From positions 1 through 48,708 of the forward strand of contig NZ_JANYJC010000263.1 in NCBI RefSeq assembly GCF_025361915.1: 48,708 bases of DNA, read 5' to 3'. A program made the translations under genes and the position numbers. Positions 48,430 to 48,708 of this stretch are shown in pieces. The notes beneath the pieces are model-generated. The model worked only from the letters and a program-made list of their open reading frames with translations, did not search any database and was not told the DNA's origin. Origin of the DNA: Chamaesiphon sp. GL140_3_metabinner_50 (GTDB lineage Bacteria > Cyanobacteriota > Cyanobacteriia > Cyanobacteriales > Chamaesiphonaceae). The first letter of the stretch is position 1. The number at the start of each line of letters is the position of its first letter.

Positions 48430-48708
48430 CTAAACTGCAACTGCAACAGCTTCAGCCGTGGCGATAACGGCACCGTTGACACTAATCGAATCAACCATCA
48501 TCCGAGTCATTTCTTGACGGTGACCGCGTTTTTTACGGGTTTTCTTTTTGGGCTGCATTTTGTAGACGATAATTTTGCGCGCACGATAATGGCGCATGAT
48601 GGTACCTTCGACAGTGACACCAGCAACTAATGGTTGACCGATCTGAATGCTACCATTATTTTCAAGTAAGAATACTTTGTCGATCGACACCGTACTGTCT
48701 GGTTCGCC
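48430..48708 (-). CDS. rplU: 50S ribosomal protein L21 (5' end outside window)
   Basis: KIIVYKMQPKKKTRKKRGHRQ; upstream of rpmA. Confidence 0.95.
   Translation of the reverse strand, partial: GEPDSTVSIDKVFLLENNGSIQIGQPLVAGVTVEGTIMRHYRARKIIVYKMQPKKKTRKKRGHRQEMTRMMVDSISVNGAVIATAEAVAVAV

Overview
Chromosomal segment of a cyanobacterium, indicated by the hyper-abundant CGATCG HIP1 core, heptamer STRR repeats, and ccmP, raf1 and curT; the style suggests a Chamaesiphon-like organism (inference). Housekeeping genes are the argB 3' end, queD-like PTPS, truB, glmU, mlaE, moeB, rpmA and partial rplU. The window carries a complete Pix/Ptx-type phototaxis operon (PatA, CheY, CheW, 4-GAF MCP, hybrid CheA, CheW). 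Its receptor has an XRG-like and an insert-Cys cyanobacteriochrome GAF, and its CheA has six tandem EWLSLVDDE motifs. The best candidate for an undescribed system is a tandemly duplicated two-gene module at 26041-31169: an SLH-anchored outer-membrane beta-barrel followed by a small secreted Ala/Gly-rich helical protein, divergent from a lone CapD/PglF-type sugar dehydratase. I also found a 22-24 nt hairpin micro-element inserted at CG^ATC(G) sites (5 clear copies, 2 in frame inside genes), a TA-flanked MITE-like element and several nested palindromic elements. No tRNA, rRNA, CRISPR array or transposase gene was seen. All calls are by eye and no database searches were run.
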